DNA of 62,987 nucleotides, the filler included, from Octopus bimaculoides (lineage: Eukaryota), in NCBI RefSeq assembly GCF_001194135.2. It is 7 parts of 7 records of this genome, joined end to end, with 100 filler letters (N's around TTAATTAATTAA, not from the genome) between each part and the next. Parts side by side here need not be neighbours in the genome. Positions count along the whole stretch, not along the records: positions 7,861 to 17,027 come from NC_068987.1; positions 17,128 to 31,039 come from NC_068985.1; 5 more parts are not named here. One strand, 5' to 3'. The translations under genes and the position numbers were made by a program. The notes beneath the pieces were generated by a model that searched no databases, was not told the origin of the DNA, and saw only the letters and a program-made list of their open reading frames with translations. Shown here piece by piece: positions 11,340 through 23,690 of the stretch (positions within the stretch are counted from its first letter, which is position 1; every line of letters starts with the position of its first letter).

Positions 11340-13114
11340 AATAACACTCAGAGAGATCACCAGGAGTGCTGAGTAATTTTGTGCTATTTAGCCGTGATAA
11401 AACCGGATTTTCGGGAGGAAATCCAAATAATCATGGATTAAATTGAGTTCAATGCCCATTTCACATCCTTAGGCCCCGAACATTTGCAGCTTTCTTTGTT
11501 CTTGTAGTTTAGATCTTTGTGCCGAGAAGTTTTTTGCGCATCTTCAAAACTAATCCATGAATCTGTTTCAGAATCACTAAGAGGGTTTTCAAAACTTTCA
11601 TCCTTGGTTAGTTTCCTCATGTATATCCCTGAAAAGACATCCTTAGTGTATGATCGCGCAGGAAATTTGCCACGCAAATATTTGAAGTCCACCCAATCCT
11701 GTAACAAAACTTTTATGAATTGCTCAATGAGACCAAGTTTCTTATATGGAAGCGTCAAAGGAAATCTTCTCGGATCAACCAAACTTTTAGAAGGATATTC
11801 TTTGTTCATAGTGTAACCATATCCTTACTTGGTCATTCTTTTTTAGACCAATGGATGGTCTGACACTGCTGTCCCATTCACACAAGAAACAAGGAAACCT
11901 CGTATAGCTTGACTGTTCTCCAAGTAACAAGCAATTTATTTTCAAGTGACTGCAAATCATCTAGTTGTAATCTTTGAATTTCATCGTGTATGAGATTGAC
12001 ACCATAGTTTATGTTTCCAGCATAATCATTGAGTGTCCCATAGGGATGGAACCATAGAACAGCTTCAAAACTTCTATTTGAAGAGCCACTAAAGAGTATT
12101 TGTACATAACTGCTGTAACTCATGCAAAGCTTTCCTAAATTAGTCATCATGGATCTCTTCAATGAAGCAAAAGATTTTCTGGATAGAAACAAGGAACAAA
12201 TTTGTTTTTGTGGTTACGACAGCAATAGAATTATATGTGAGAAGCTAGAAAATTCTTAAATTAAAGCCTGGAACCTAATAGCTCTGATATCTTTGCGAGC
12301 ACTAAGTCTCTCACCAGATCATTTAATTCACACGGATTGAGAGGTCGATGTTCTCTTTTACTGATATTGAAGACTTCACCGTCATTGATATTTCTTCCTT
12401 GTGACTCAAAACTCAAGTGTAAGGCTTCAATGGACAAGTTACAATGCAGATAGGAGATTTGAGTAAGAAATGTTTTTTCTCACAATTCGAATTGTGTCCT
12501 TGAACCGTATATGAGGAAAGTAGCAATCATCAGTATGATATTTAGTCTGTCTCCATATAATTGGAACCCAAAATGAAAAGATTTCGTTGTACGTTGTGTC
12601 CATTCTCTTAGCTCTTTGATACATATTAAGCAAGCCTTGTGAGGAGTCCACTCCTTATACTGGTCTCCTATTTTCAGACCATAGAATGTGTAGTATCATC
12701 TTTTGACAAATTCCGAAAAGTTTCTAACGTTTCTTAGCGAAAAACTCGATACAAATGTAACAAAAGTTATCCGGGCTTGCTACACATCTAGAAGGTATCC
12801 ATTCTTCAATTAATGTAGCGGTCCCTAAGAAAAGAGAAATGGATATTTTTGAACAGCATATATTTGCTTTACCATCTAAATTTATAGATATTATTAAAGA
12901 CGCATTGAAATGTTACATAAGATACTATAAAACAATATATGTACCATGCATGCATTGGAGAAAGCCATGACGAAATAACTGAAATAAGGAAACAGATATA
13001 TATCGTGAAGAAACTGTACTTGATAAAATATTTTCTTTCTAATTTTTGAAATCAGATAAAATTGATCGGTTTCACCCAAAATGTGTGAAACGAGTTTTTG
13101 CTCGCAGAACTGTG
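11340..13114 (-). mobile_element. Decayed Chapaev3-like (CMC) DNA transposon with transposase pseudogene
   Basis: Minus-strand frames from an ATG near 12802 read SRCVASPDNFCYIC, GLKIGDQYKEWTPHKACLICIKELREWT, WVPIIWRQTKYHTDDCYF, YSNLLSAL, FASLKRSM, SLVDPRRFPLTLPYKKLGLIEQFIKVL and HDYLDF. These are collinear with Chapaev3-type transposases as recalled. The putative 5' end is CACAG at 13114. The 3' boundary is uncertain. Confidence 0.82.
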
Positions 13115-13744
13115 TAATTCTTAGCTTGTAAATACTAGGTTGAAAATCCTACTGTAGTAAAAGCCGAAGGCTGCCCGCAGGAATATCCTCAGTGTTAGAC
13201 ACTATTACTTATTTATGTGTTCTTAGAGATCCCTTGTTTAGAAAAATAATATTTCTCCTAAAACATCAGTAATAGATTTGTACGTGTTTGAGTGTGTATA
13301 AGTATAATATATGTGTTTATGCATGTATATATAAAATAAATATGTATACAAAACCTCAAACAGATACATACCAACTGACATACATACATACATACATACA
13401 TACATACATACACAGACAAATACATATGTGCATATGTATTAATGTAGATATATACTCATGTTTGAATATCCAAACTGATGAGAATCATATCAAATACGTA
13501 CAGTTCACCGTTCATATAAAATTGGTTCTAATTGTTTAGCATTCGCGGTTGTCTCCCCTCTCATTTTTAGTTATGCCCTTCATCTACATAACAATTTGTT
13601 CCTATCATTGAAAGTGTCATTTTAAACAATTAAAATTTCTGCTTGGTAGAACATGTATGGTAACGGTCGCTTAAGAAGTATCTTACATACCTGCTACACA
13701 CAGAAACAGAAATATCTACGTGTGTGCTTGTATGCATATATGTA

Positions 13745-13778
<34 letters not shown>

Positions 13779-15074
13779 NNNNNNNNNNNNNNNNNNNNNN
13801 NNNNNNNNNNNNNNNNNNNNNNNNNNNNNNNNNNNNNNNNNNNNNNNNNNNNNNNNNNNNNNNNNNNNNNNNNNNNNNNNNNNNNNNNNNNNNNNNNNNN
13901 NNNNNNNNNNNNNNNNNNNNNNNNNNNNNNNNNNNNNNNNNNNNNNNNNNNNNNNNNNNNNNNNNNNNNNNNNNNNNNNNNNNNNNNNNNNNNNNNNNNN
14001 NNNNNNNNNNNNNNNNNNNNNNNNNNNNNNNNNNNNNNNNNNNNNNNNNNNNNNNNNNNNNNNNNNNNNNNNNNNNNNNNNNNNNNNNNNNNNNNNNNNN
14101 NNNNNNNNNNNNNNNNNNNNNNNNNNNNNNNNNNNNNNNNNNNNNNNNNNNNNNNNNNNNNNNNNNNNNNNNNNNNNNNNNNNNNNNNNNNNNNNNNNNN
14201 NNNNNNNNNNNNNNNNNNNNNNNNNNNNNNNNNNNNNNNNNNNNNNNNNNNNNNNNNNNNNNNNNNNNNNNNNNNNNNNNNNNNNNNNNNNNNNNNNNNN
14301 NNNNNNNNNNNNNNNNNNNNNNNNNNNNNNNNNNNNNNNNNNNNNNNNNNNNNNNNNNNNNNNNNNNNNNNNNNNNNNNNNNNNNNNNNNNNNNNNNNNN
14401 NNNNNNNNNNNNNNNNNNNNNNNNNNNNNNNNNNNNNNNNNNNNNNNNNNNNNNNNNNNNNNNNNNNNNNNNNNNNNNNNNNNNNNNNNNNNNNNNNNNN
14501 NNNNNNNNNNNNNNNNNNNNNNNNNNNNNNNNNNNNNNNNNNNNNNNNNNNNNNNNNNNNNNNNNNNNNNNNNNNNNTATATATATATATATATGTGTGT
14601 ACACGTGTGTGTGTGCATATGGATATATGCATGTATATAAATGCATAGGTATATGTATGTGTATGTGTATGTAAGTTCACACACACACATACACATTCAT
14701 GCACACATAAAATACACGTCTGTCTACATAAATAAATACATAACAAGTCATAAATATAATTATGTAAATATTCATATAGTTGAAAAGATATTCCCGTGAA
14801 ATCAAAACTACCATTTTACTTCATGGCAAATTTTCGTGGTCATGGTGGTGAATGGTGGTTGTTGTTTACATTGGAAATTATTAAAAAGTTTACTGCTTCT
14901 TTTCAACTCTATCTAGCCTCAAACATCAAATGAAATTAACACTTTGCTCTTTTTGGTATTATCATTTATGTTTTTATTTTGTTTCGTTTTGTTTTGTTTT
15001 GTTTTTACTTTTACCTTCGCTCTTCACTTTTATCCCGAAGTTGATTTTATTACAAACTCTTTCTGTGTCATTAG

Positions 15075-15096
15075 GGATATGAGAATCGTTGGCCAA
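15075..15096 (+). CDS. Candidate 22-nt micro-exon (G+DMRIVGQ)
   Basis: ctctttctgtgtcattag|GGATATGAGAATCGTTGGCCAA|gtatgg has a good pyrimidine tract and an acceptable donor. Confidence 0.35.
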
Positions 15097-15976
15097 GTAT
15101 GGTGCTCTTTTGATATTCAGCTCCAATATGAACGGAGAATAAATACGAGAGAAAACTGCTTATTCAATTTTCTTTTTTTTTTCTTCTCTTCTCTTCTCTT
15201 ATTTTCTTACTTTCTTTCTTTCTTTCTTTTTTTTTTTTTTTGGTTTTCTAATCATTTTCCGTACTTTTCTTTGTTTTGTTTGCTTTTCATTCTTTAAGGT
15301 TGCCCTAAAGGTGCATCAGAAAAATATGTACACGAGATACACCAATCTATTTGGGGTTATTTATTTCATTTTCTTTTTTCTGTTTTCTTTTTGATTATTT
15401 TCTGCTGTTTTTCATTAAATAATTTATTTGGTTACTAAAATATAAACTTTGAAATCCAATATTTACTTAGATTGTCACGCTAGAGTTACATCTGTTTTCC
15501 ACTGTTTTCCTATTCCATTTACCTGCTAGATTGAAATATTGAAAAGTGTAATATTTATACTCACACAAAATACGCCACATACGCAAAATATGGACACACA
15601 TAACCACATAACACACACACATTCTCTGTATTCCTACTCATTGTACACACACACATATTCTCCGACATACACAAACAGACACGTATATATATATAGGCAC
15701 GTCCACATCTATAAACACATTTGTGCGTGAGAGATTGGGCACATGCAAAGCATGCGTAAATGGAGCAACACACATTCTCTTGCCGTCTCAACACACTCAT
15801 ATTTATGTGTATGCGTGTGTTAAGATATATGTGTGTATGTGTGTGTGTGTGTATGCTTGTATGTGTGTATGTGTGATTGTGTGTGTCTGTGTGTTCAATG
15901 CATAGATAAGCATTAAACATATATTCACATATGTATGCTTATATATATATAATTTACGAAGGTGTGCCGCTATATA

Positions 15977-16008
<32 letters not shown>

Positions 16009-16993
16009 NNNNNNNNNNNNNNNNNNNNNNNNNNNNNNNNNNNNNNNNNNNNNNATATATATCCGTAAATAAAAATGTACACATATAAAAACACAGCTAC
16101 AGCACATATACAAAAAAAACCCTTCACACACACATACGCCCTCATCCATACCCACACACACGCCCTCACACACACTCATACGCATTTATACAAACATAGA
16201 CACCCGCACACATGCTCATACACTCACACACAAACGCAATGCACCCACACACAAACGCAATGCACCCACACACTTGTCCCCTCGCCTCTGACATTCACCA
16301 TCCCACACATACACGAGTGCGCACACACATGCACATATCGACACATGCACACCCTCATACACACACATACGTACGTGTACACATACGTACGTGTACACAC
16401 ACGCACGCATCCATACGCTCATAGACACACACACACACATGTACTTTCACGCCCTCATACGCACACACGCATACACATATGCACACATAGCAAAACCTGC
16501 ATACTTACATATTCTTCATCTTACTTCTCGCACCTCACCACCGAACCGAACGCCGGCCAGGAACCTCTTCGTCAACCCAATACTCTCACACATACAACAC
16601 TCACATAAATGTAAACACAAACACACACACACACACGCACACTTACTACAACACGCACACATACTACAACAGCCACACACGCTGGCCATCTTTGCATCCT
16701 CCTGCTTCTTTAACTGTCTCCACTACCAGTCATTTCAGCCATGCAATCACACACGTAATTTTTGTGAACTTTCTCCTTCCTTGGACCTTTCACTTTTGCC
16801 TTTTTTTCTGACGGAGAGCTATAACTCGAAACTTAAAACGCCCACACTTTTCCCACCCTTTTACAAGATAATTTCATATGTAGGTTCACTTGTTTTGTTA
16901 TTTGTTATTTTTAATATTTGATTATTAATATTCAACATTCAATATACAATTGTTCAGTTTTAATATATGCATATATACGTATGCATGTGTAGA

Positions 16994-17027
<34 letters not shown>

Positions 17028-17356
17028 NNNNNNNNNNNNNNNNNNNNNNNNNNNNNNNNNNNNNNNNNNNNTTAATTAATTAANNNNNNNNNNNNNNNNN
17101 NNNNNNNNNNNNNNNNNNNNNNNNNNNCATCGACAACAATAATAATACACATCAAAAATAAAGCCTAGTCCTACTGACAATGAATATAGAAAAATATGAA
17201 CCATAGAAATAAAAGAATTATTGCAAATTTCACAAAGGCACACACGAAGACACATAAACGCACTCTCACACGCACATACATACTCACATAATATCCATTA
17301 TGAAGCATCTCCGATAAATTGAAAGCCAATTTAATACTGCAATCATAATAATAATC

Positions 17357-17557
17357 CTTTCTACTAAAGGCACAAGGCCCGAAATTTCGTGGGAGAGGAC
17401 TAGTCGATAGCATCGACCCCAGTGTTTCACTAGTACTTAGTTTATTGACCCTGGCAGGATGAAAGGTAAAGTCAAGCTCGGCAGAATTTGAAGTCAGAAC
17501 GGACGAAATATCGCGAATCATTTTACCCGGCATCCAAACGATTCTACCACCTCGCCA
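17357..17557 (-). mobile_element. SINE family C
   Basis: The reverse complement reads GGCGAGGTGGTAGAATCGTT...TTCAAATTCTGCCGAG...CTGGGGTCGATG...GCCTTGTGCCT and ends in an (ATT)n tail. Confidence 0.88.
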
Positions 17558-17586
17558 CATTTAAAAAAAAAAATTAAATAATAATG

Positions 17587-17997
17587 ATAGTTGCAGAATG
17601 TCCCGAGGTGGCACAGGGAGAATATAAGAAATGAAGACGTGACCAAGTTGTAAAAGCTTTATACTCGAAGCTTTGTCAGAAATGGCGATCCATCATGCCT
17701 ATTTGATCCGGGATTTTGAAGAAAAAGGACGAAAAACAAAAACAAATATATATATAATGCCTTAAAATTTGAAATTGCAAGAATTTGGCGTATGAAAACT
17801 ATGAAGGTTGTGCCTACAAAAATTCGTGCATTTAGAACTTTAAGTAAACGTATAGACGGAGTTTGAAGGAGATTCGAATAGAATGTCCTTTAGAACTTCT
17901 ACAGAAGGTGTGCTTCTTAGGGACAGGAAAGATTATCAGAAGGGTCTTAAGCACTTGAAGGACTATAAAAACTTGTGGAACAAGCCTGAGTCAAATC
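17587..17997 (+). mobile_element. R4/Dong-clade RLE LINE 3' end (internally deleted)
   Basis: Translates to IVAECPEVAQGEYKK*RRDQVVKALYSKLCQKW, YNALKFEIARIWRMKTMKVVP and IECPLELLQKVCFLGTGKIIRRVLST*. These match the end of the CCHC knuckle and the RLE C-terminus. A short UTR follows, then (TAA)n. Confidence 0.88.
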
Positions 17998-18069
17998 AAT
18001 AATAATAATAATGATAATAACAACAACAACAAAACATCAATAATAATAATGATAATAATAATAATAATG

Positions 18070-18138
<69 letters not shown>
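17998..18138. repeat. (TAA)n/(CAA)n array
   Basis: Long AAT run with a few CAA and GAT units. Confidence 0.97.
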
Positions 18139-18399
18139 TAGTTGCTACTGATAAAAGTAATCTCATAGCAGAAAACTGAGGTGAAATCTCTAATAAACAG
18201 CAGGAAAGGAACAGTGATAGCTTGCTTGATGAGAGCAAATTCTGAAATTCTGAAATACATCACAACAAAAATCATCACGGAAACAAATAATTTGATCAAG
18301 GCAGCAAGTATTGTTGTAGTAGAAAACGTGGGTGTTGATGTCAAGAAAATGAAATATAATGGGAGTGACAAAAGAAGAGATACATGGTGGAAAAAATGA
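18139..18399 (+). mobile_element. R4/Dong-clade LINE N-terminal (pre-RT) ORF fragment
   Basis: ANSEILKYITTKIITETNNLIKAASIVVVENVG...DTWWKK resembles the ITETNxLIYAAA...EPWWKRR region of R4/Dong ORFs. Confidence 0.72.
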
Positions 18400-19202
18400 A
18401 GGTTGTTTTAAAGTACTGACTACTTGATAAAATTATTTATTACTAATTAATATAAAATTATTTATTATTAATTGATTAATTAATTAATCAATAAAGTTCA
18501 CCCTATATTGTTATTAAAATTATAATTTACACCATGATCGAAACTGCAGTTTTTCTGCGGGATAGGTCGTAACACACACGTGGGTATAATGGACAAATAT
18601 GCATCACATTCGGCTGTATATTTTGGGGAGTGCGGTTGAATATTAGTCATGCGATGACGTTAGATCGCGTTCATATTTAATTCTAACGCTCGCAAATTTA
18701 TAGCTAGTAGTACCACAATGAGGAGAATAATAGGTAAATATAATTTACTCTAAATTCGAAACGCGTCTGTGTTTAACCGTAGTCGTGTGGATTCATCATT
18801 ATTCTTTTTACCTACATAAAAAAAATATTGTCTAGGAGATTTTTTTTTTATGGTAGTTGAAGAGACATTAGCGTCTATTTCTAATTTTGTACGTGGCGAG
18901 GCACTTCGGTGATCCCTGATTATAATTATGTATATAATTATAGAATATTTTGTATAATTCACCTAACAAGATTTTTTTAACGTACTGACTACTTGGTAAA
19001 ATCATTAATTAATAATTAATTAATTTTAACATATATTATTATTAATATATATATGTATATAATGGAGAAATTGTATATATATATATGTGTTTACGTATGT
19101 GTGTGTGTGACTGTGTATGCATATACGTATACATACATGTATATTTTAAGGTGGTACTCCATAATGGCCTCAGTCTGATGAGTGAGTCATATAAAAAGAA
19201 AG

Positions 19203-19242
<40 letters not shown>

Positions 19243-19951
19243 AGTGTGTATGTGTGTACCTGTACATTTAGCGTTGCTACATGTAAGTTATTTATTGCTG
19301 GATTTTCTTTGGGAGAAAAGTTTTCTCTAGAATTTGGGTCAAGAAACACGAACAACCAAGCTCTATCAGACCACAGCGTAACACCAAATCGACATTTCGA
19401 CGTGATGCCGACACTTCGGTGGCAGATATTACCTCGGTAGTTTGAAGATAAGAAGGAACTTCTGTTTCTGTATACAAAGAGTATATCGTATTTAGTGGGA
19501 TGTGCTGAAGGTCACTAATATAGGATTGACTTAGTAAACGTACACGAAGAGTGTAATCGTTGGCATTAATTGTGTATATCAATAAATATATGGACGTCAA
19601 TGGGGCCAATGAAACATTTATCTTTTCACATGTAGATATTAAGTCTATTATCTAGAAGACAAATCACCACTGTGGTGACATGTAAATATCAATCGACCAT
19701 GAAATCCCGTTGAAAGCAGACTAGCGTATCTGGATATGTGCTTGACCGATGATTCTGTAGTCAAGGACGGACAGGGTTGAATATCTTTTAACTAGTTTCT
19801 TTCTTTCTTTCTTTCTTTCTTTGGTTACGGAGCCCAGCGTAATGACTTGGTGTGTTTAAACATATCTATATACAGAAAGAAATTTCCTCCATGACAAAAT
19901 ACAACGAATGGCTTTCTTACAGGTTTGAATATGCCTCGACCATATTTGAAC

Positions 19952-20369
19952 TTGTAACAAGCTTGTACTTGTTCTTTATGACTGAGAGGCAAATGTACGT
20001 AGCGTCACAAGCGGTCAGCTGCCCTGCAGATATAAATATCGCTGAAAATCAAAGAAAAAGGATATCTATGGACAACTGCTTCGAATCCTCCAGCCTCCAT
20101 ATCCAGACTATGAATCCATATTCATATAAATAATAATTGGAGTACTAAGTTTTGTTAGTAACTGCTTAAAGGAGAAACTGGATAAACTGGGATTTTCAGA
20201 AAGAGAAATCGACGGTTAATTCGTACATTACAAGTGCAATCTGTGAGTGAAACATTAAAAATATGCAAGACTTTTCTCAAGTTCCAAATGTGAATTTGTT
20301 GGTGTTAACTACATCCACAATATGGAGCCTTGTATCTTTGTTGGAAACCTGCTCCCTCCTCAGTGGAAC
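19952..20369 (+). mobile_element. RLE-type (R4-like) LINE 3' end, copy 1
   Basis: Frames give VSCPADINI, YGQLLRILQPPYPDY, LDKLGFS and SETLKICKTFLKFQM* (stop at 20291-20293), followed by a 3' UTR. Confidence 0.8.
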
Positions 20370-20662
20370 ATGCTTCGAAACCTCCAACTTTTATATCCAG
20401 ATTACAAATTTACATTTATACCAGTAATATTTGGAGCACTTGATTTTGTAAATAAATGCCTGTCAGTCTGGATAAGCTTGGATTTTCACAAAAAAACAAA
20501 TCCACCAACTGATTCAGACTTTACATATATACTCTGTAAGTGGAACGGTAAATCTATGCAAGGCTTTTCTAAGGTTTAAAATGTGACCTTGTTTTCGTTA
20601 TTTACATTTCAATGATGGAGCTTCGTATACTTGTTACAAACCAGTTCCTTCTTCAGAGGAAG
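20370..20662 (+). mobile_element. RLE-type (R4-like) LINE 3' end, copy 2, tandem to copy 1
   Basis: Frames give LRNLQLLYPDYKFTFIPVIFGAL and VSGTVNLCKAFLRFKM* (stop at 20584-20586). The 3' UTR is homologous to that of copy 1. Confidence 0.82.
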
Positions 20663-20751
20663 AATTTAAATGATTAAATACAAAAGATTAGCAGATTGCT
20701 TCATATTATATTTATGAACCTTGTGAGCAATGCATTAACATCATTGCTAAC

Positions 20752-20789
20752 GCTGCTATTGTTGTTGCTACTGTTACTGTTGCTGCTGC

Positions 20790-20838
<49 letters not shown>

Positions 20839-20841
20839 GCT
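20752..20841. repeat. (GTT)n/(GCT)n trinucleotide repeat
   Basis: Direct reading of the sequence. Confidence 0.95.
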
Positions 20842-21615
20842 TATTCTGTTTTTATTTCCCTCTATCAATCTTCTTTCTCCTTGATCTTCATATCACTTTT
20901 ATCTGTTTCATCAATATTATTATTATAGTTAGTTTCTGTTTCTGTATATTGTTGCTCTTGAAAATCAGAGAAAAAATAAAATACAAGCCCAAAGACAACC
21001 CAAAACAAGATAAGAACACAAAGAGAAGAGAGAAGAAAAAAAAATTCACAAGAAAGATGATCGAAAAGAACGAGCTGAAATAATGAATATAAAGAAAACA
21101 AAAACGTTAAATACTTAAATGCAGGAAAAAACGAATAAACAAAACATGGCAAAATGTAAATAAAATATAAATCAAAGATCGTAATTAAAAGTTTATCAGA
21201 GGAATAATAAGAAAACGAAAATTTTGAAGATAACCGTAGTACTGAGGTTGACAGTATAAATAATTATTATCTATAATTTATGTACAATACATGCTGAGTT
21301 GAAGGGAGCGGTTTAGTCGACCGCAATGACCTCAGTATTTTAGTAACAATTTACGGAACGATGGCACGCAATGATAACTTGTATGCAATTTGATCTAAGA
21401 ATGTAAACAGCAATTATTGTAAGGAAATTTGCTCGACGCTCTAACGATTCAGTCAATCCACAGAACTTCTAATAGCAATGACGATGACGCGAGTAATAAT
21501 AACAATAATTATAATACTTAGGAGGGTTCTTGGCATCTAAAGTTATTTGTAGCCCGATGTTAGGATTTTTAAAATATTTTCCAGCGGTCTAATGTGCTGT
21601 GTGTATATGAATAAT

Positions 21616-21830
21616 CCTTTCTACTATAGGAACAATTCCTGAAATTTTGTATGAGGGTGCTAGTCGATTACATCTACCCCAAATTTTCGCTGCTATTTAA
21701 CTTATCAATCCCGAAGTGAGGGAAAATCAAAGTCGACATCGGTGGCCTTTGAACTCAGAACGTGAACTCAGCCGAAATGCTGCTAAGCATTCTCTCTGGC
21801 TGCTAACCATTCTGCCAGCTTGCCGTCTTA
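21616..21830 (-). mobile_element. SINE family C
   Basis: Ends CTAACCATTCTGCCAGCTTGCCGTCTT (reverse complement of the head) and contains AAAGTCGAC...TTTGAACTCAGAACGT. Confidence 0.85.
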
Positions 21831-22479
21831 ACACCAACAACAACAACAACAACGACGACCCCGATGATGATGAAAACAATAATAATGTAATTTTTTGGAA
21901 ATTTTGGGCCATAGCCAACAATTTTATGGAGAAATGTTTGGTCGAAGTATTTCAATGTAACTTTTTTTACGAACCCCAGAATCGACAAACAAGGCAAAGT
22001 CGATTTCATCAAGATTTGTACTCAGAACACACGTATCGGAAAATATACCTCAATGCTACTGTTAGGAATTCCACTGTTCACTGTTTTTCTACTATTGGTC
22101 ATGCATGATTTTTGTTGCTGTTGCTCCATCATGTATTTCTCTACAACCTATTTAAGTTTAGATTTTAGGTGTTTCCCTATCTCTTTTCTTTCTTCAGTTT
22201 CTTTGTAGTTCGAGCAGTGACTTGAATTAAACATAAATGTTTTTATTAGTCTTTACTTCGTGACTATTTGCTTTAACATTTCTTGATATTGTAGTCGAAA
22301 TTTTAGTAGTAATACAGTGAACACACTGTAGTCATTTTCTAGTTGAAAAAGGCCCCTACCACTCTGCATTCGTGGAAACTATAGTGTTTCAAAGTCAGAA
22401 TTTACGTGGTGTATTCTAAAAGCTGACATTATTTTTTCTTGTTTTCCTATCTAATTAGATTAGTTGCCAATTGAAAATG

Positions 22480-22655
22480 TTGCTTTTAAATGTTGGCACA
22501 AACCCAGCCGTTTTGGGGAAGAGGGTAAGTCGATTAGATCGATCCTGGTGCTCAACAGATACTTATTTTATCGACCTCAGAATATTAAGACATCTAAAAC
22601 GCCGCCAGGCATTTTGCCTGGAGTGCTAACGATTCTGCCAGCTCGCAGTCTTAAG
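22480..22655 (-). mobile_element. SINE family C (internally deleted)
   Basis: Contains GCTAACGATTCTGCCAGCTCGC and TACTTATTTTATCGACC. Confidence 0.82.
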
Positions 22656-23055
22656 CCAACAGAAAATACCAAACTCTACCTTATTACTAGAACAGCTGGT
22701 GTATTGATGCCTTCTACTTTATTTATTTCTGTATTTGGCATTCAGACGTTTCAAATATTAATATCATGCGCTTATAATAATCTTTCTTAATCAATTATTT
22801 CATATGTGTGTGTGCTGCTCATTGTCCAATTCAACTATGTTTGCTCCAATTCTCTTACCTAACTATCCGTATCTCATATCATATTAGTGTTCTTATTTTC
22901 CCTCAATTTAAAGTCACTTTAGCGCTTTCTTTCTCTGCTTCAATATCATATTTATTACTTTGGTAAATCTGTGTACTATCAGCAGTCATATATTTGGTTG
23001 TTTTTATTTATAGTATACAACTTGTGATCATTCATATATGTTACACCGTAATATA

Positions 23056-23492
23056 GGTGCAGGCATGGCTGTGTTGTAAGAAGCTTGCTTCCCGCCACAG
23101 TGTTCCGGGTTCAGTCCCACTGCGTGGCAACTTTGCCATGTCTCTTCTACTATAGCCCCGGGGCGACCAGTTGTTTTGTGAGTGGAGTTGGTAGACAGAA
23201 ACCGAAAGAAGTCCATCGTATATATATATATACATACATATATATATATATATATATTTATATATCCATGCGTGTATGTCTTTTTGTCTGTGTTCTTCCC
23301 CCACCATCATTTGCCAACCGATGTTAGTGTGTTTACGTCCCTGTAACTTAGCGGTTCGACAAAAGAGACCGATAGAATAAGTACTACGCTTACAAAGAAT
23401 AAGTCATGGGGTTGATTCCTTCGACTGAAACCCTTTAAGGCGGTGCTCTAGCATGGCCGCAGTCAGATAACTGAAACGAATAAAAGAATAAA
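23056..23492 (+). mobile_element. SINE family A, full length
   Basis: Head GGTGCAGGCATGGCTGTG...GGGTTCAGTCCCACTGCGTGGCA, TA-rich middle, and tail TAGCATGGCCGCAGTCAGATAACTGAAAC. Confidence 0.92.
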
Positions 23493-23559
23493 AAAATTTA
23501 CATTGGCATCTAGTTTCGTTTAGAATGTTGGTCAATGGCTTCAACCCAAGACAGAAAAG

Positions 23560-23690
23560 GTGTTGTGATAGGGAAGGGAGATAAATGATTACATCAAGTA
23601 CCCCGTGCTTAACTGGCACATTATTTTATCATCACGGGAAGGATGTGAATAAAATTGACCTCGGCAGAATTTAACTCAAAATGAAAAGAG
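23560..23690 (-). mobile_element. SINE family C fragment
   Basis: Contains ATTGACCTCGGCAGAATTTAACTCA and TTAACTGGCACATTATTTTATC. Confidence 0.65.

Noticed and set aside
13630-14746. Long ORFs of 300-450 aa spanning N runs (also 35.1-36.2, 40.4-41.8, 44.5-45.2, 49-51, 55.8-56.8 and 59.5-60.5 kb)
   Set aside because: Their length is due to unknown bases read as X and to flanking dinucleotide repeats.
18757-18768. CGAAACGCGTC, the 3' half of a Penelope-type hammerhead
   Set aside because: There is no CUGANGA box or helix II at a suitable distance upstream.
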